Part shown: one piece after another, positions 50,017 to 60,619 of the stretch
How positions within the stretch are numbered: position 1 is the first letter of the stretch
Layout: each line of letters starts with the position of its first letter
Assembly (NCBI GenBank): GCA_963663765.2
Contig: CAXXUA010000005.1
Span: 736,001-800,000, forward strand
DNA: 64,000 nucleotides
Direction: 5' to 3'
From: Candidatus Poribacteria bacterium
GTDB taxonomy: Bacteria; Poribacteria; WGA-4E; WGA-3G
Translations under genes and position numbers: made by a program
Notes under the pieces: generated by a model
Database searches by the model: none
What the model saw: the letters and a program-made list of their open reading frames with translations, nothing else
What the model was told of the DNA's origin: nothing

Positions 50017-50772
50017 TTATTGTTTGGGAAGGTCAAGATACTCATAAGGATCAATGCCTTCCTTTTCACCATCTAACACACGTACTCCGGGGGGAACAAT
50101 ACCTTTACGCATTTGCTCAAGAGACAAACTCATCCCCTTGGCGCGTATAAAATATCGGGTAATACTGCCGTCGTCGTTTTCTTTTTCTCCATACCAAACG
50201 TAGACGGTTTTGGGATAGTTAAAATATATAATTCCGTTGGAACTACCTATACCAATCCAATCACGGTGTAGTCCTTCTTTCCATGCTTTTATAGCTACAC
50301 GGGACAACAATTCTGCCATTTCAGGTAGACCGATATTCGGCCAATTTGTATCTTTCCATATCGGTTTGTAAGGCTGTTTTATAGAATTAAGCATTCCTTC
50401 TGGAACTTCCGGATAAGGACCGAAACCAAAAGGTGACACTTCAAGTGCGTCTGCAGTTTCCTCATGCATTACAGTTTGTTGTTCCTGTCCTGCATCGGAT
50501 ATGATGTCTGTCTCTAAGACATCTGAAGACTCAACTATCGGATTATCTTCATGTGGCGTTGTGCTTTCCATAGGAGATATCTCTGACATCGATTCGGTGT
50601 CAGGAAATGTGTCCACTTGTTGAGGGGTTTCACGTTGATTTTGCAGTTTCATTATTCCACGCTTAAACCTTGTTGAATCTATTTCCACAAACACAATAAA
50701 CACAATGCATGCAATAATTATCAGTAAGCACGTTCTCATAAACCATTTATTAGTCAAAATGTCACTAAACAT
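50017..50772 (-). CDS. Membrane-anchored hypothetical protein (SPxGFGPxPxVP family)
   Basis: NKWF-TM, SPFGFGPYPEVP, ELLSRV, GIDPYEYL; paralog of 51407-52087. Confidence 0.75.
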   Translation of the reverse strand: MFSDILTNKWFMRTCLLIIIACIVFIVFVEIDSTRFKRGIMKLQNQRETPQQVDTFPDTESMSEISPMESTTPHEDNPIVESSDVLETDIISDAGQEQQTVMHEETADALEVSPFGFGPYPEVPEGMLNSIKQPYKPIWKDTNWPNIGLPEMAELLSRVAIKAWKEGLHRDWIGIGSSNGIIYFNYPKTVYVWYGEKENDDGSITRYFIRAKGMSLSLEQMRKGIVPPGVRVLDGEKEGIDPYEYLDLPKQ

Positions 50773-50847
50773 CTAATTATTACCTCCTAATTTTTCTATT
50801 TCACCTTTGTGTTACTTGCTTATTGAAATTGACACTCTAAATTGTTC

Positions 50848-51414
50848 TTACCTAAGTTGCTTCTCTAATCCCGCGGATGGAAAGTAGAGTTCAGTATATG
50901 GAAGAAATGAATCTGCAACTTTTGTTATAGGGAATACGCTACACTTCTTTTGGGCAACAACTAAGGACCCTGCGATACATTTATTAATAGCCATTTTAAT
51001 GTTTTTGATGCTATTATTCATATTTTTTGAACTGACAGAATAAGAAAACTTTCCATCAAATTGAAAACTTTGATGGTTTTTGGGTAATTTTGCTTTACCG
51101 TTTGTGATTACGAGAGCATACGAATCCTTGACTTTATAGTTATTAGCAATATTCGAAATGGTAGTCAACGATTCCCATTTATGTTGTTGAGGAATATTAG
51201 AACGTTGTATAGCAATTGTACGAGTCCAAGATTTTATAGGGGCATTTGCATCACTTGCATATCTGACAAAAACACTATCTCCAACATCAGTTGTTTTGAT
51301 TTCTTCATAGTGATAGTCTCCAACGACACCTTTCGTGTCTGTTATTTCACTACCTGACAACACGCTTGAAAACAGGATTGTCATAACAATCATAATAATT
51401 ATTTGCCTACTCAT
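50848..51414 (-). CDS. Secreted hypothetical protein
   Basis: Signal peptide; start overlaps the upstream gene's stop. Confidence 0.65.
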   Translation of the reverse strand: MSRQIIIMIVMTILFSSVLSGSEITDTKGVVGDYHYEEIKTTDVGDSVFVRYASDANAPIKSWTRTIAIQRSNIPQQHKWESLTTISNIANNYKVKDSYALVITNGKAKLPKNHQSFQFDGKFSYSVSSKNMNNSIKNIKMAINKCIAGSLVVAQKKCSVFPITKVADSFLPYTELYFPSAGLEKQLR

Positions 51415-52087
51415 TTACTTTCTCCTTATCAAAATTTAAAAATTGATACGGCTCAATACCAGCATCATCAAAACTAATTACTTTTAGATTCTTCTCTTTA
51501 ATGACATCTTCCACGTATTTAGACATATTAAAGGAAGGTGAACGCCACTGTTTCTCTGACGGTTCGTAATCGGAATCCCATAGAATTTCTTGAATGTATG
51601 TATCTATTACTTCTCCATCCTTTCCACACCTTGTTTTCTTATGTAAATACACAGCATCTTGAAAAATAGGATAAATTTTACCGTGCAAAAAACCTGCACC
51701 GACCGCGTATTTTCCTTGTTCCTTCCATATTTTTAACTTAACACGTGCTATCAATTCAAAATTAGGGTTATCAGTGTAATAACGCCACCGAAATTTCTTA
51801 TCGGGATAATCATCTGGTACTGCTGGAAGCGGTCCGAAACCGTTCGGTGACAATGACTCCGCTGCTGTTTTTGAGTCGTCCTTTGATTGTTTTTTATCAT
51901 TAACTGTATTCTTTGAAGAGTCTTTTTGTTTTCCCGATGTAGGTACTGGGTTTTCAACAAGCGAACTATCTGAGAGTTCTGACTTGCTGTCTGAATTGTG
52001 ATGATACTTTAAGACACCGACTAAAACGAAGAACATCAGGAGAACTACCGAACTGATAAACCATTTATTACTCATGAGGTTACGCAT
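51407..52087 (-). CDS. Membrane-anchored hypothetical protein (SPxGFGPxPxVP family)
   Basis: NKWF-TM, SPNGFGPLPAVP, ELIARV, GIEPYQFL. Confidence 0.75.
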   Translation of the reverse strand: MRNLMSNKWFISSVVLLMFFVLVGVLKYHHNSDSKSELSDSSLVENPVPTSGKQKDSSKNTVNDKKQSKDDSKTAAESLSPNGFGPLPAVPDDYPDKKFRWRYYTDNPNFELIARVKLKIWKEQGKYAVGAGFLHGKIYPIFQDAVYLHKKTRCGKDGEVIDTYIQEILWDSDYEPSEKQWRSPSFNMSKYVEDVIKEKNLKVISFDDAGIEPYQFLNFDKEKVNE

Positions 52088-52591
52088 CGCCTAAAACCTC
52101 CGATTGTTGTTTGAACCTACAAGGAACAGGACTAATATAATAACCACCAATACCAAGAATATTCTGTTTTTTGGAATAGGTGCATATAAGTGATTTACCT
52201 TCAATTATATGTACATAAAAAAAAATGCAAGTTTTTTTTCAAATTTTATCATAATATCATAAATTTACACGCAATTCACTTTATTGTTTCTACAGCGTAT
52301 CTCAAGAATACAATTTTGTCCAAAATCACCGAATCGCGTGTGAGGTAAATCGGGGTTACAAACCCCTCCTACGATTTATGAGATAGGTTGTAGAACTTAC
52401 ACATTCTTGACGATTTTTTCAATAATTATATCAAAAATGGTATAATTTCATAAGATTAAACCCCATCTTTAATTGGGTGTTTTTCAGACAAACCATGTTT
52501 TTCTGTTTCAACTGACAGGATTTTTTCTTGCAATACATCAAATATTTTGCAATAATACTTATAGGAATTAAAAAGTTGGAAGGAGTACGAA

Positions 52592-53353
52592 ATGATCAGT
52601 TGTGACTATCATATTCATACACAACTTTCCGGATGTGCTGACAACGAATTAAGTGTAAAGAAGATTATTCAATTTCAACAAGACCTTGGTATAGAAGCAA
52701 TTGGAATTACCGATCACGACTACAGTTACAAGTCTAAAGTAAAGACAATTCAAGCTGCACAACAAGCAATAAAGGAAGCTGACCCAGCAATTAAAGTGCA
52801 CTTTGGCGTGGAATCACAGATGTTGGAATATCAGGTCACCTCAATTACCATCCGTCTGGCATCATATTTTGATTATGTCCTGATGGCTCCAAATCACTAT
52901 CATCTCCGCGGCGTTGCACAACCGAGAAGTTTCCGAGACCCACGTAGAGTTGCACTTCATGAAATCTATATGTTTGAGGCGGCGGTTGCATGTCCTATGA
53001 CCGATGCAGTTGTTCATCCTTTCCTCCTATCCCCACGTATTTTCCAGTTTTCAACAGAAGAACTCTCTGCTTTCGGACAAGAAATGATGCGCAATATTGA
53101 ACAGAAGCGGTTAATCTACCAACTTGATCTCGCTTCTCAACGCGGACTCGGTATAGAAATCAGTCCCAAAATGGTTCGTTACAATCAACTGCATCTGGTG
53201 GAATTTTACAAACTCTGTTTGGAAAGAGATGTGAAATTGCTTATTGGAAGTGATGCACATAACCTAAAGCAGTTGGAAGAACTATCACTGCTGGCACCGA
53301 TTTTGGAAGAATTAGGTGTTACTGAAGAACATCTTTGGAATCCAAAAGAATAG
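52592..53353 (+). CDS. PHP-domain phosphoesterase
   Basis: DYHIHT, ITDH, GVE, HP, GSDAH. Confidence 0.88.
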   Translation: MISCDYHIHTQLSGCADNELSVKKIIQFQQDLGIEAIGITDHDYSYKSKVKTIQAAQQAIKEADPAIKVHFGVESQMLEYQVTSITIRLASYFDYVLMAPNHYHLRGVAQPRSFRDPRRVALHEIYMFEAAVACPMTDAVVHPFLLSPRIFQFSTEELSAFGQEMMRNIEQKRLIYQLDLASQRGLGIEISPKMVRYNQLHLVEFYKLCLERDVKLLIGSDAHNLKQLEELSLLAPILEELGVTEEHLWNPKE

Positions 53354-53382
53354 CAATATGTAAACAGAACAGATACCTAAGT

Positions 53383-54033
53383 TTATTTTATTTTTTCCAA
53401 AGTACAGTGGATGTGTCCTGTTCGCACCCAACCTTCTGGACGTAGTTCCATCCTACCATAACGTGTTAACTGAAGTATATCCTTCATTCCAGTTTCATCT
53501 TGTGAAAAGGTGACACTGACCCCTGGTATTAGAGCACGGGAAAATGGCACATCGCTCTTCTCAGGTTTCGCTGCTTCACCCCATAGAAAACGTTCCATCG
53601 TTTCACCTTCACGACGTGTGAACTTTAGGACAGGATATAGTTTTTCACCGTAGAGTAAGCTATCGATTTTGTAATCACCTTCTACAGCCAAAGTGCCGTT
53701 TCTGCCTTTGTACCCATAGCGAGCATACTCTCTAAAGAACTCAAGTGTCAGATGTTGTCGGGTAGATGCAGCAAGCGAGACTTGGATGGCTAACTTCGAC
53801 GCAATGTCATCACCTTCCTCATAAGTGAGACTTACCAACTTCCATTTGCCAATCAATTGATCTTGAACGGCAAATTCATGCGTCCGTTTGTCTTGCTGTT
53901 GACGGATTTCCCCGTAAGACTTAAGCAAATTCTCACGCTCGGTTTGGGTCTTTTGGGTTGTATGCACAGTCTCGCTTATACTACAACTATAAAAAATAAG
54001 GAACACTGCACACAGAATTGTTATCTGTTTCAT
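53383..54033 (-). CDS. Hypothetical lipoprotein
   Basis: FYSC lipobox-like; LIGKWKL lipocalin-like start. Confidence 0.65.
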   Translation of the reverse strand: MKQITILCAVFLIFYSCSISETVHTTQKTQTERENLLKSYGEIRQQQDKRTHEFAVQDQLIGKWKLVSLTYEEGDDIASKLAIQVSLAASTRQHLTLEFFREYARYGYKGRNGTLAVEGDYKIDSLLYGEKLYPVLKFTRREGETMERFLWGEAAKPEKSDVPFSRALIPGVSVTFSQDETGMKDILQLTRYGRMELRPEGWVRTGHIHCTLEKIK

Positions 54034-54038
54034 AATCT

Positions 54039-54791
54039 TTACTCTTCTATGGTGATAGAGACGGTGTTGGATTCCAGTGTGGCTTTGCCCCGAAACGATG
54101 GCAGCGGCAGATAAATGTCCTGCAACTCGTCTTTGTATTTCTCTCTAAGGACATCAATCTGGTCTTGCGTATAACCGATCGCTTCCTTTTTTGCCTCTGG
54201 GGAATATTGTGGGTTCCTGTTATTCTGAATTCTCATAATGTCCTTCTGCAATTCTATTATTTGAGGGTGTTGATCTTCTAAAAACTCATTGTATACCTCT
54301 AACACAATATCAAGTTTTACTGTGTAGTTACCCGCTTGAAGTTCATAATGTGATAGCAAATTCTTTAATGAAACTTTTTGCGATAATTCAGCTTTCATGT
54401 CAAACCCTTGAACGCATCTGATAGATTTAGCATCCTTGTAGAGCGTTTTGAGAGTGTTTGAAATGGGAATCGGTCTTTTCATCTTCACAACAACACCGTT
54501 GCTGTCAGTCAATGTGATTTGCTTAAATGCACTTGGGGCTGTGACGCTTGAAATCGGCACAAGCAGATCATATTTACCATTTTGAATTTTTAGTTCAAGC
54601 GGAATTGAATCTTGCGTTGTATATGTTGTTTTTGGTGTGGAAAGCTCAAGAACCGCAAGAAAACTTTCAGTTTCCTTTTCAGATGAAGATTTACCATCCT
54701 CCATAGGATTTTGTGTTGTTGTCTGCTGACCACCCAGACATCCAAACAAGCATGCAATAAGTAAGATATTTAGCATTATCAATGATTTCAT
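54039..54791 (-). CDS. Hypothetical lipoprotein
   Basis: LFGC lipobox; AGGAGG RBS. Confidence 0.7.
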   Translation of the reverse strand: MKSLIMLNILLIACLFGCLGGQQTTTQNPMEDGKSSSEKETESFLAVLELSTPKTTYTTQDSIPLELKIQNGKYDLLVPISSVTAPSAFKQITLTDSNGVVVKMKRPIPISNTLKTLYKDAKSIRCVQGFDMKAELSQKVSLKNLLSHYELQAGNYTVKLDIVLEVYNEFLEDQHPQIIELQKDIMRIQNNRNPQYSPEAKKEAIGYTQDQIDVLREKYKDELQDIYLPLPSFRGKATLESNTVSITIEE

Positions 54792-54817
54792 AAAATGTTC
54801 CTCCTAAAAAGTTCAGT

Positions 54818-55906
54818 TTACAATGATTTGAGCGATTTGCCTAATCCTGGCAGCTTAGACACTTCAATAAAACCTTCTGTTATTTGTTCAGGCGGATCAA
54901 CAAGCGTATTACGCCAATCAACTTCACCCCAGGCAAATTCAAGAATACCAAAGTTCGGTGCACTTGCCATACACTGCACACTCGCCGCTGTTGCAACAGG
55001 ACCGCTGGGATTGTGGGGTGTTATCTTTACATTCGTTGTTTCAGCGAGTGTTGAAATCTTCTTCAATCCCAACAACCCACCCACATGTTTTACATCAGGT
55101 AAAATGTAGTCAACGCGCCCGTGTCTTAGCAATTTGTCAAAATCTGTCAACGTGCGTAGTCGTTCACCCGTTGCGATCGGCATGGAGGTAGATTGACTTA
55201 CATGTGCAACTGCATTCAGATCACTCAAAGGCACTGGGTCCTCTATCCAAAATAGGTTCAAATCATCTAATGCTTTTGCGGTTTGTATGATAAGACCCGC
55301 ATTAAACCGACTGTGACAATCTACTAACAGATCGATATCTGGACCGATTGCTGTGCGGATAGTACGAATACGATCTATACCTTCTCGTATTGCAGGTGTA
55401 AGCGTGCCATTAGTGATATTAGATGCCGAAACACCATCAAATGGTGAGCATTTTATTGCAGTGAACCCTTCAGACACTGCTTGCTCAGCATGTTGAGCAA
55501 AACCGAAAGGACTACGGTCTGTCGTTGCACGATTGATGTTTGCATATAACCGAATCCGATGACGACACGTGCCACCCAACAATTGATAACTCGGAACATC
55601 TAACGCTTTCCCCGCTAAATCCCACATCGCCTGTTCAATGCCGCTAACCGCTGTAAGATAGGCGTGCCCCTCATTCTCGCGAAAAAAACGGCTATGAAAT
55701 GATTCTAAATCAAACACATTAAAACCGACAAGTGACGGTTCTAAGGTTGCAATGAAATCCCTAACCTGCTCATCGTTTCTACCGTGGGATGCCTCACCTA
55801 TACCGATGGTGCCATCTTCAACGTGAAGTTTTACAAAAAGCCAATTGCCACGGTGATTTACATGAATGATTTCTGTTTCGATGGACTTGATTTTTAGGCT
55901 GTTCAT
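54818..55906 (-). CDS. Enolase-superfamily dehydratase (galactonate dehydratase-like)
   Basis: GIEQAMWDLAGK, LVDCH, WIEDP, ATGE, PHNPSGP. Confidence 0.88.
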   Translation of the reverse strand: MNSLKIKSIETEIIHVNHRGNWLFVKLHVEDGTIGIGEASHGRNDEQVRDFIATLEPSLVGFNVFDLESFHSRFFRENEGHAYLTAVSGIEQAMWDLAGKALDVPSYQLLGGTCRHRIRLYANINRATTDRSPFGFAQHAEQAVSEGFTAIKCSPFDGVSASNITNGTLTPAIREGIDRIRTIRTAIGPDIDLLVDCHSRFNAGLIIQTAKALDDLNLFWIEDPVPLSDLNAVAHVSQSTSMPIATGERLRTLTDFDKLLRHGRVDYILPDVKHVGGLLGLKKISTLAETTNVKITPHNPSGPVATAASVQCMASAPNFGILEFAWGEVDWRNTLVDPPEQITEGFIEVSKLPGLGKSLKSL

Positions 55907-55915
55907 TTGTCAGAC

Positions 55916-56563
55916 TTATGATGTCGCTGCCCATCTCACCGCTTGCGTCAAGAATTTTTGCATACCGATACGTTCAAATGTTCCCGGTCCGTGTCCTAAC
56001 GTGGTATAGAAAACCCTACCCGCACCGTAATCTTTTACCCATGCCATCGGATGTGCTTTCCCAAACCACTCAGCAGTTGCTAATACATGGATTTGCGGCT
56101 CAAAAGCAGAAATGTATATTTCATCTTCTACATCAAAGTCAGAAACACCTTGCGTTGTTGGGTGTTCAGTGTCCTCAATACGTACTGTGAAAGTTGACCC
56201 TGGCGGGTGCCAGTTCGCATGCCCACCAATGAGGTCCACAGCACGTCCACCTATCCACCACGCAGTGCCGTGAATGCCAACTAACCCTTTCCCACCAGAA
56301 ACAAACTGAAACAGCCCATCTTCCTGGTCATGGGTTAAATCGGGGACACGTTTGGATGTACCATCCTTTTGGCGTTCTGAACGTGTAAAGCCAGTACCAA
56401 AAACACACGCATCGTAGTTATCTAAAGAAGAGGACGCTAAAACATCTTTGTCGTCAGTTATCGTCGCAGAAATTTCTGCATCGGCATCAAGAAAACCGTG
56501 AATCACACTTGCACTTGCATTGAAACGATGATTTTCACCAGATAGCACGAGAATTTTTGACAT
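55916..56563 (-). CDS. ThuA-like domain protein
   Basis: GKGLVGIHG, DEIY, GRVFYTTLGH. Confidence 0.85.
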   Translation of the reverse strand: MSKILVLSGENHRFNASASVIHGFLDADAEISATITDDKDVLASSSLDNYDACVFGTGFTRSERQKDGTSKRVPDLTHDQEDGLFQFVSGGKGLVGIHGTAWWIGGRAVDLIGGHANWHPPGSTFTVRIEDTEHPTTQGVSDFDVEDEIYISAFEPQIHVLATAEWFGKAHPMAWVKDYGAGRVFYTTLGHGPGTFERIGMQKFLTQAVRWAATS

Positions 56564-56715
56564 AATTGTCTCCTATAAAACTGCAATCGCAGCTGCAGCG
56601 ATGTATTGGTTGCTTGAAACATCTTATGTGCTAAAGTGTAAAGGAAATATAAAATTATGTCAAGGTGTGTAAAGTTTTGCTTCAGAGGCATTCAATTGTA
56701 GAAATTTTCTTAATT

Positions 56716-58477
56716 ATGGTAAATTATGGAATTAATTACACACATGCACAGGTAGGAGCGACCTCCTGGTCGCGACCGTATGGGGACCATGTATCAAAAC
56801 AGTCGCGATCGGGAGGTCGCTCCTACCAAAGAAAAGAATAGGATAATTATACCATTTCAAATAAAGCTTGTCTCATTAAGGAATTCTACTGTTTACTGGC
56901 AGGGGATTACTCTCTTCGGTAGGAGCGACCTCCCGGTCGCGACAGTATGGGGACCATGTATCAAATTACTGGCAGGGGGTTACTCTCTTCGGTAGGAGCG
57001 ACCTCCCGGTCGCGACCGTATCGGGACCATGTATCAAAACAGTCACGACCGGGAGGTCGATCCTACCAAAGAAAAGAATAGGATAATTATACCATTTCAA
57101 ATAAAGCTTGTCTCATTAAGCAATTCTAATGTTTACTGGCAGGGGGTTACTCTCTTCGGTAGGAGCGACCTCCCGGTCGCGACCGTATCGGGACCATGTA
57201 TCAAAACAGTCACGACCGGGAGGTCGATCCTACCAAAGAAAAGAATAGGATGCTTATACCATTTCAAATAAATCTTGTCTCATTAAGCAATTCTAATGTT
57301 TACTGGCAGGGGGTTACTCTCTTCGGTAGGAGCGACCTCCCGGTCGCGACCGTATGGGGACCATGTATCAAAACAGTCACGACCGGGAGGTCGATCCTAC
57401 CAAAGAAAAGAATAGGATAATTATACCATTTCAAATAAAGCTTGTCTCATTAAGCAATTCTAATGTTTACTGGCAGGGGATTACTCTCTTCGGTAGGAGC
57501 GACCTCCCGGTCGCGACAGTATGAGGACCATGTATCAAAACAGTCCCGACCAGGAGGTCGCTCCTACCAAAGAAAAGAATAGGATAATTATACCAGTTCA
57601 AATAAAGCTTGTCTCATTAAGGAATTCTAATGTTTACTGGCAGGGGGTTACTCTCTTCGGTAGGAGCGACCTCCCGGTCCCGACCGTATGAGAACCATGT
57701 ATCAAAACAGTCCCGACCAGGAGGTCGATCCTACCAAAGAAAAGAATAGGATAATTATACCATTTCAAATAAAGCTTGTCTCATTAAGCAATTCTAATGT
57801 TTACTGGCAGGGGGTTACTCTCTTCGGTAGGAGCGACCTCCCGGTCGCGACAGTATGAGGACCATGTATCAAAACAGTCACGACCAGGAGGTCGATCCTA
57901 CCAAAGAAAAGAATAGGATAATTATACCATTTTCATGTGATAATGTCTCATTAGCAGCGGAAATCTGGTAGGAGCGACCTACCGGTCGCGACCGTATGAG
58001 GACCATGTATCAAAACAGTCACGACCAGGAGGTCGATCCTACCAAAGAAAAGAATAGGATAATTATACCATTTCAAATAAATCTTGTCTCATTAAGCAAT
58101 TCTAATGTTTACTGGCAGGGGATTACTCTCTTCGGTAGGAGCGACCTACCGGTCGCGACAGTATGGGGACCATGTATCAAATTACTGGCAGGGGGTTACT
58201 CTCTTCGGTAGGAGCGACCTCCCGGTCGCGACAGTATGAGGACCATGTATCAAAACAGTCACGACCGGGAGGTCGATCCTACCAAAGAAAAGAATAGGAT
58301 GCTTATACCATTTCAAATAAATCTTGTCTCATTAAGCAATTCTAATGTTTACTGGCAGGGGATTACTCTCTTCGGTAGGAGCGACCTCCCGGTCGCGACA
58401 GTGAGGTCCCTCCTACCAGATTTCCGCTGCTCCAGATTTCCGCTGCTAATGAGACATTATCAGATGAAAATGGTATA
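56716..58477. repeat. Long tandem array (~167-bp unit, ~9-10 copies) of IS630-type MITE ends and REP-B doublets
   Basis: Repeating TACCATTTCAAATAAA..GTCTCATTAAG..GTAGGAGCGACCTCCCGGTCGCGA..GGTCGATCCTAC; one inverted MITE end near 57925. Confidence 0.9.
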
Positions 58478-58559
58478 AGATGTTCGTTACCACAATTGTA
58501 CCTCCTTCGTTAATATATTTCTGGTCAATTTAACAGATTGAGTAAAGTATTTTTTGCAT

Positions 58560-58696
58560 TATAGTAGATTTTAGAATTATTTTTATACTTTCAGGTGTAG
58601 GAGGGAACTCCGATTCCCGACTATCAAGACGTTCAGTCGCGATTCGGAGATCGCTCCTACAGAACAAGTGTAAACTTAATTGTATATTTCACTATA
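58560..58696. mobile_element. IS630-type MITE with REP-G doublet
   Basis: TATAGT..ACTATA imperfect TIR; GTAGGAGGGAACTCCGATTCCCGA and TCGCGATTCGGAGATCGCTCCTAC. Confidence 0.65.
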
Positions 58697-59014
58697 ACTG
58701 ATTTTTCTTTTGTAGTTTGGACAGAGTTTGTGAAACCCATAAACCTACGGTATAAAACCTGAAAATCCTGGTTCAAACAGAATCTCGGATAACACGAATT
58801 TCGCGGATAAGATATAAATCGGAAGATAATTACCATAGAATAAACGTTCTCTAAGGAATACGATCTGATGTATAGGTCTTATCCGCGAAATCCGTGTAAT
58901 CTGTAATTCCGCACCCAAGCTTGTGTCACCGCAATTCAGACACAAAGGATGGCAGACTTTGCACCCCCTCAATTCATGCGAAAAACCTTCCACACTTTAC
59001 ACTTAATAAATTCC

Positions 59015-59043
59015 TTGACTTTTCCTAAAAGTTTTGGTATCCT
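59015..59043 (+). promoter_or_regulatory. Putative sigma70 promoter
   Basis: TTGACT-17 bp-(TGn)TATCCT. Confidence 0.45.
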
Positions 59044-59139
59044 TAACAGTATATGATATTCTTAAATGTGTTAAACAATAATATATGGAGTTCTGTATAA
59101 ATAACGCAGACAAAACATTTTGAATGAGGAATAGATTGT

Positions 59140-59916
59140 ATGTTTGATTGGATAAGAAACCGTAGATTTTCAGGTGTTTTAACTGTGTGCGTTCTTTTGA
59201 TAATTACACTGATGTCAAACAGAATATGTTCCGCACAAGACCTCGTTTTACACCTTTCGTTTGAAGAATTGAGAAACGATGTTGCAGAAGATCTCTCAAA
59301 ATTTGGTAATGATGCTACCTTCCATGGAGATGTTGAAATAGTTGATGGTGAGTTTGGAAAAGCAATTCAGTTTGATGGTGCATCTTGGGGTGAAATTCCT
59401 GACGATGATAGTTTAGATATGGTTGATGGTATAACGATTGAAATGTGGGCAAAACTCAACCCCGCAGGTGCTGAACAAACAGGTGTGGAAAAAGGTACAA
59501 CTTGGAAAGCGGGTTTGTATACGCTTGCACCGTACTACCGACAAGGGTCAATCCTCCAATTCTTTGATTTACCAGAACATTGTGACGACGAAAACATCGG
59601 TGGGAATATACAAGACGAAGATTGGCATTTTATTGCAGGCACATGGGATGGAACTACAATCAAATTGTATATTGATGGTGAACTCAACAAAGAATTGGAA
59701 TGTGAAGGAACACTTACTGGTAATGATGACCCACTTTTTATTGGGGCACGCGGAGGAAGCGAACGTTTTGTCAACGGTGCACTTGATGAAATTAAAATGT
59801 ACAACTATCCGCTAACAGAAGAGGAACTCAAAATAGATATGGATAACCCTCATGCAATGAGTGTTGACCCTCAAGACAAATTAACAACAACATGGGCAAA
59901 TATCAAAAAGAAATAA
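59140..59916 (+). CDS. Secreted LamG/concanavalin-A-like domain protein
   Basis: GEFGKAIQFDG, WHFIAGTWDG..LYIDG, FVNGALDEIKMYN; C-terminal VDPQDKLTTTWANIKKK. Confidence 0.88.
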   Translation: MFDWIRNRRFSGVLTVCVLLIITLMSNRICSAQDLVLHLSFEELRNDVAEDLSKFGNDATFHGDVEIVDGEFGKAIQFDGASWGEIPDDDSLDMVDGITIEMWAKLNPAGAEQTGVEKGTTWKAGLYTLAPYYRQGSILQFFDLPEHCDDENIGGNIQDEDWHFIAGTWDGTTIKLYIDGELNKELECEGTLTGNDDPLFIGARGGSERFVNGALDEIKMYNYPLTEEELKIDMDNPHAMSVDPQDKLTTTWANIKKK

Positions 59917-59935
59917 TTTATACTCAAAAGGATTA

Positions 59936-60619
59936 TTGATGAAAACGACGGTATACTTACTATCACTATTTACTGTTTTACTAACCATCATAAGTTGCAC
60001 ACCGCAATTAAGTGATCAGCCTACAGAAAAGGAACCTGTCACAACAAAGACACAGGAACCTGTTATAAATACAGAGAAGGAACCTGTCGAAAAAAAGGAA
60101 CAGGAATCTGTTACAAAAACAGAGAAGGAGACTGTTGAAATAAAGGAACAGGTCGCAGTTATTACAACTGAAAAGGGAACAATCGTGATCGAATTCTATA
60201 CCGAGTCTGCCCCTAAGGCAGTTGAAAACTTCAAAAAACTGATCAACAACAAGTTTTACGATGGATTGATATTTCATCGTATAGAGAATTACCCCGGTTT
60301 GAATATTGTTCAGGGAGGTTGTCCTAATGGAGATGGATTTGGTGGTCCTGGTTGGACGATTGTAGATGAATATACAAATCCGAACCAGCGGAAACACATC
60401 AGAGGCACAATCGCTATGGCGCGATCACAATTACCGAATTCTTCTGGAAGCCAGTTTTACATCTGTCTGAAGCCGCAACCTCATCTTGATGGACAATATA
60501 CCACTTTCGGGGGTGTCATAAAAGGAATGGAGGTCGTTGACACATTAGTTGTTGGCGATACCATGACAACAATCCGATTGGAGGCAAAGTCAAATTATGT
60601 TAAGGCAACAGAGAACTAA
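59936..60619 (+). CDS. Cyclophilin-type peptidyl-prolyl isomerase, lipoprotein
   Basis: IISC lipobox; FYDGLIFHR, QGGCP, AMAR, GSQFYI, HLDGQYTTFG. Confidence 0.92.
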   Translation: MMKTTVYLLSLFTVLLTIISCTPQLSDQPTEKEPVTTKTQEPVINTEKEPVEKKEQESVTKTEKETVEIKEQVAVITTEKGTIVIEFYTESAPKAVENFKKLINNKFYDGLIFHRIENYPGLNIVQGGCPNGDGFGGPGWTIVDEYTNPNQRKHIRGTIAMARSQLPNSSGSQFYICLKPQPHLDGQYTTFGGVIKGMEVVDTLVVGDTMTTIRLEAKSNYVKATEN

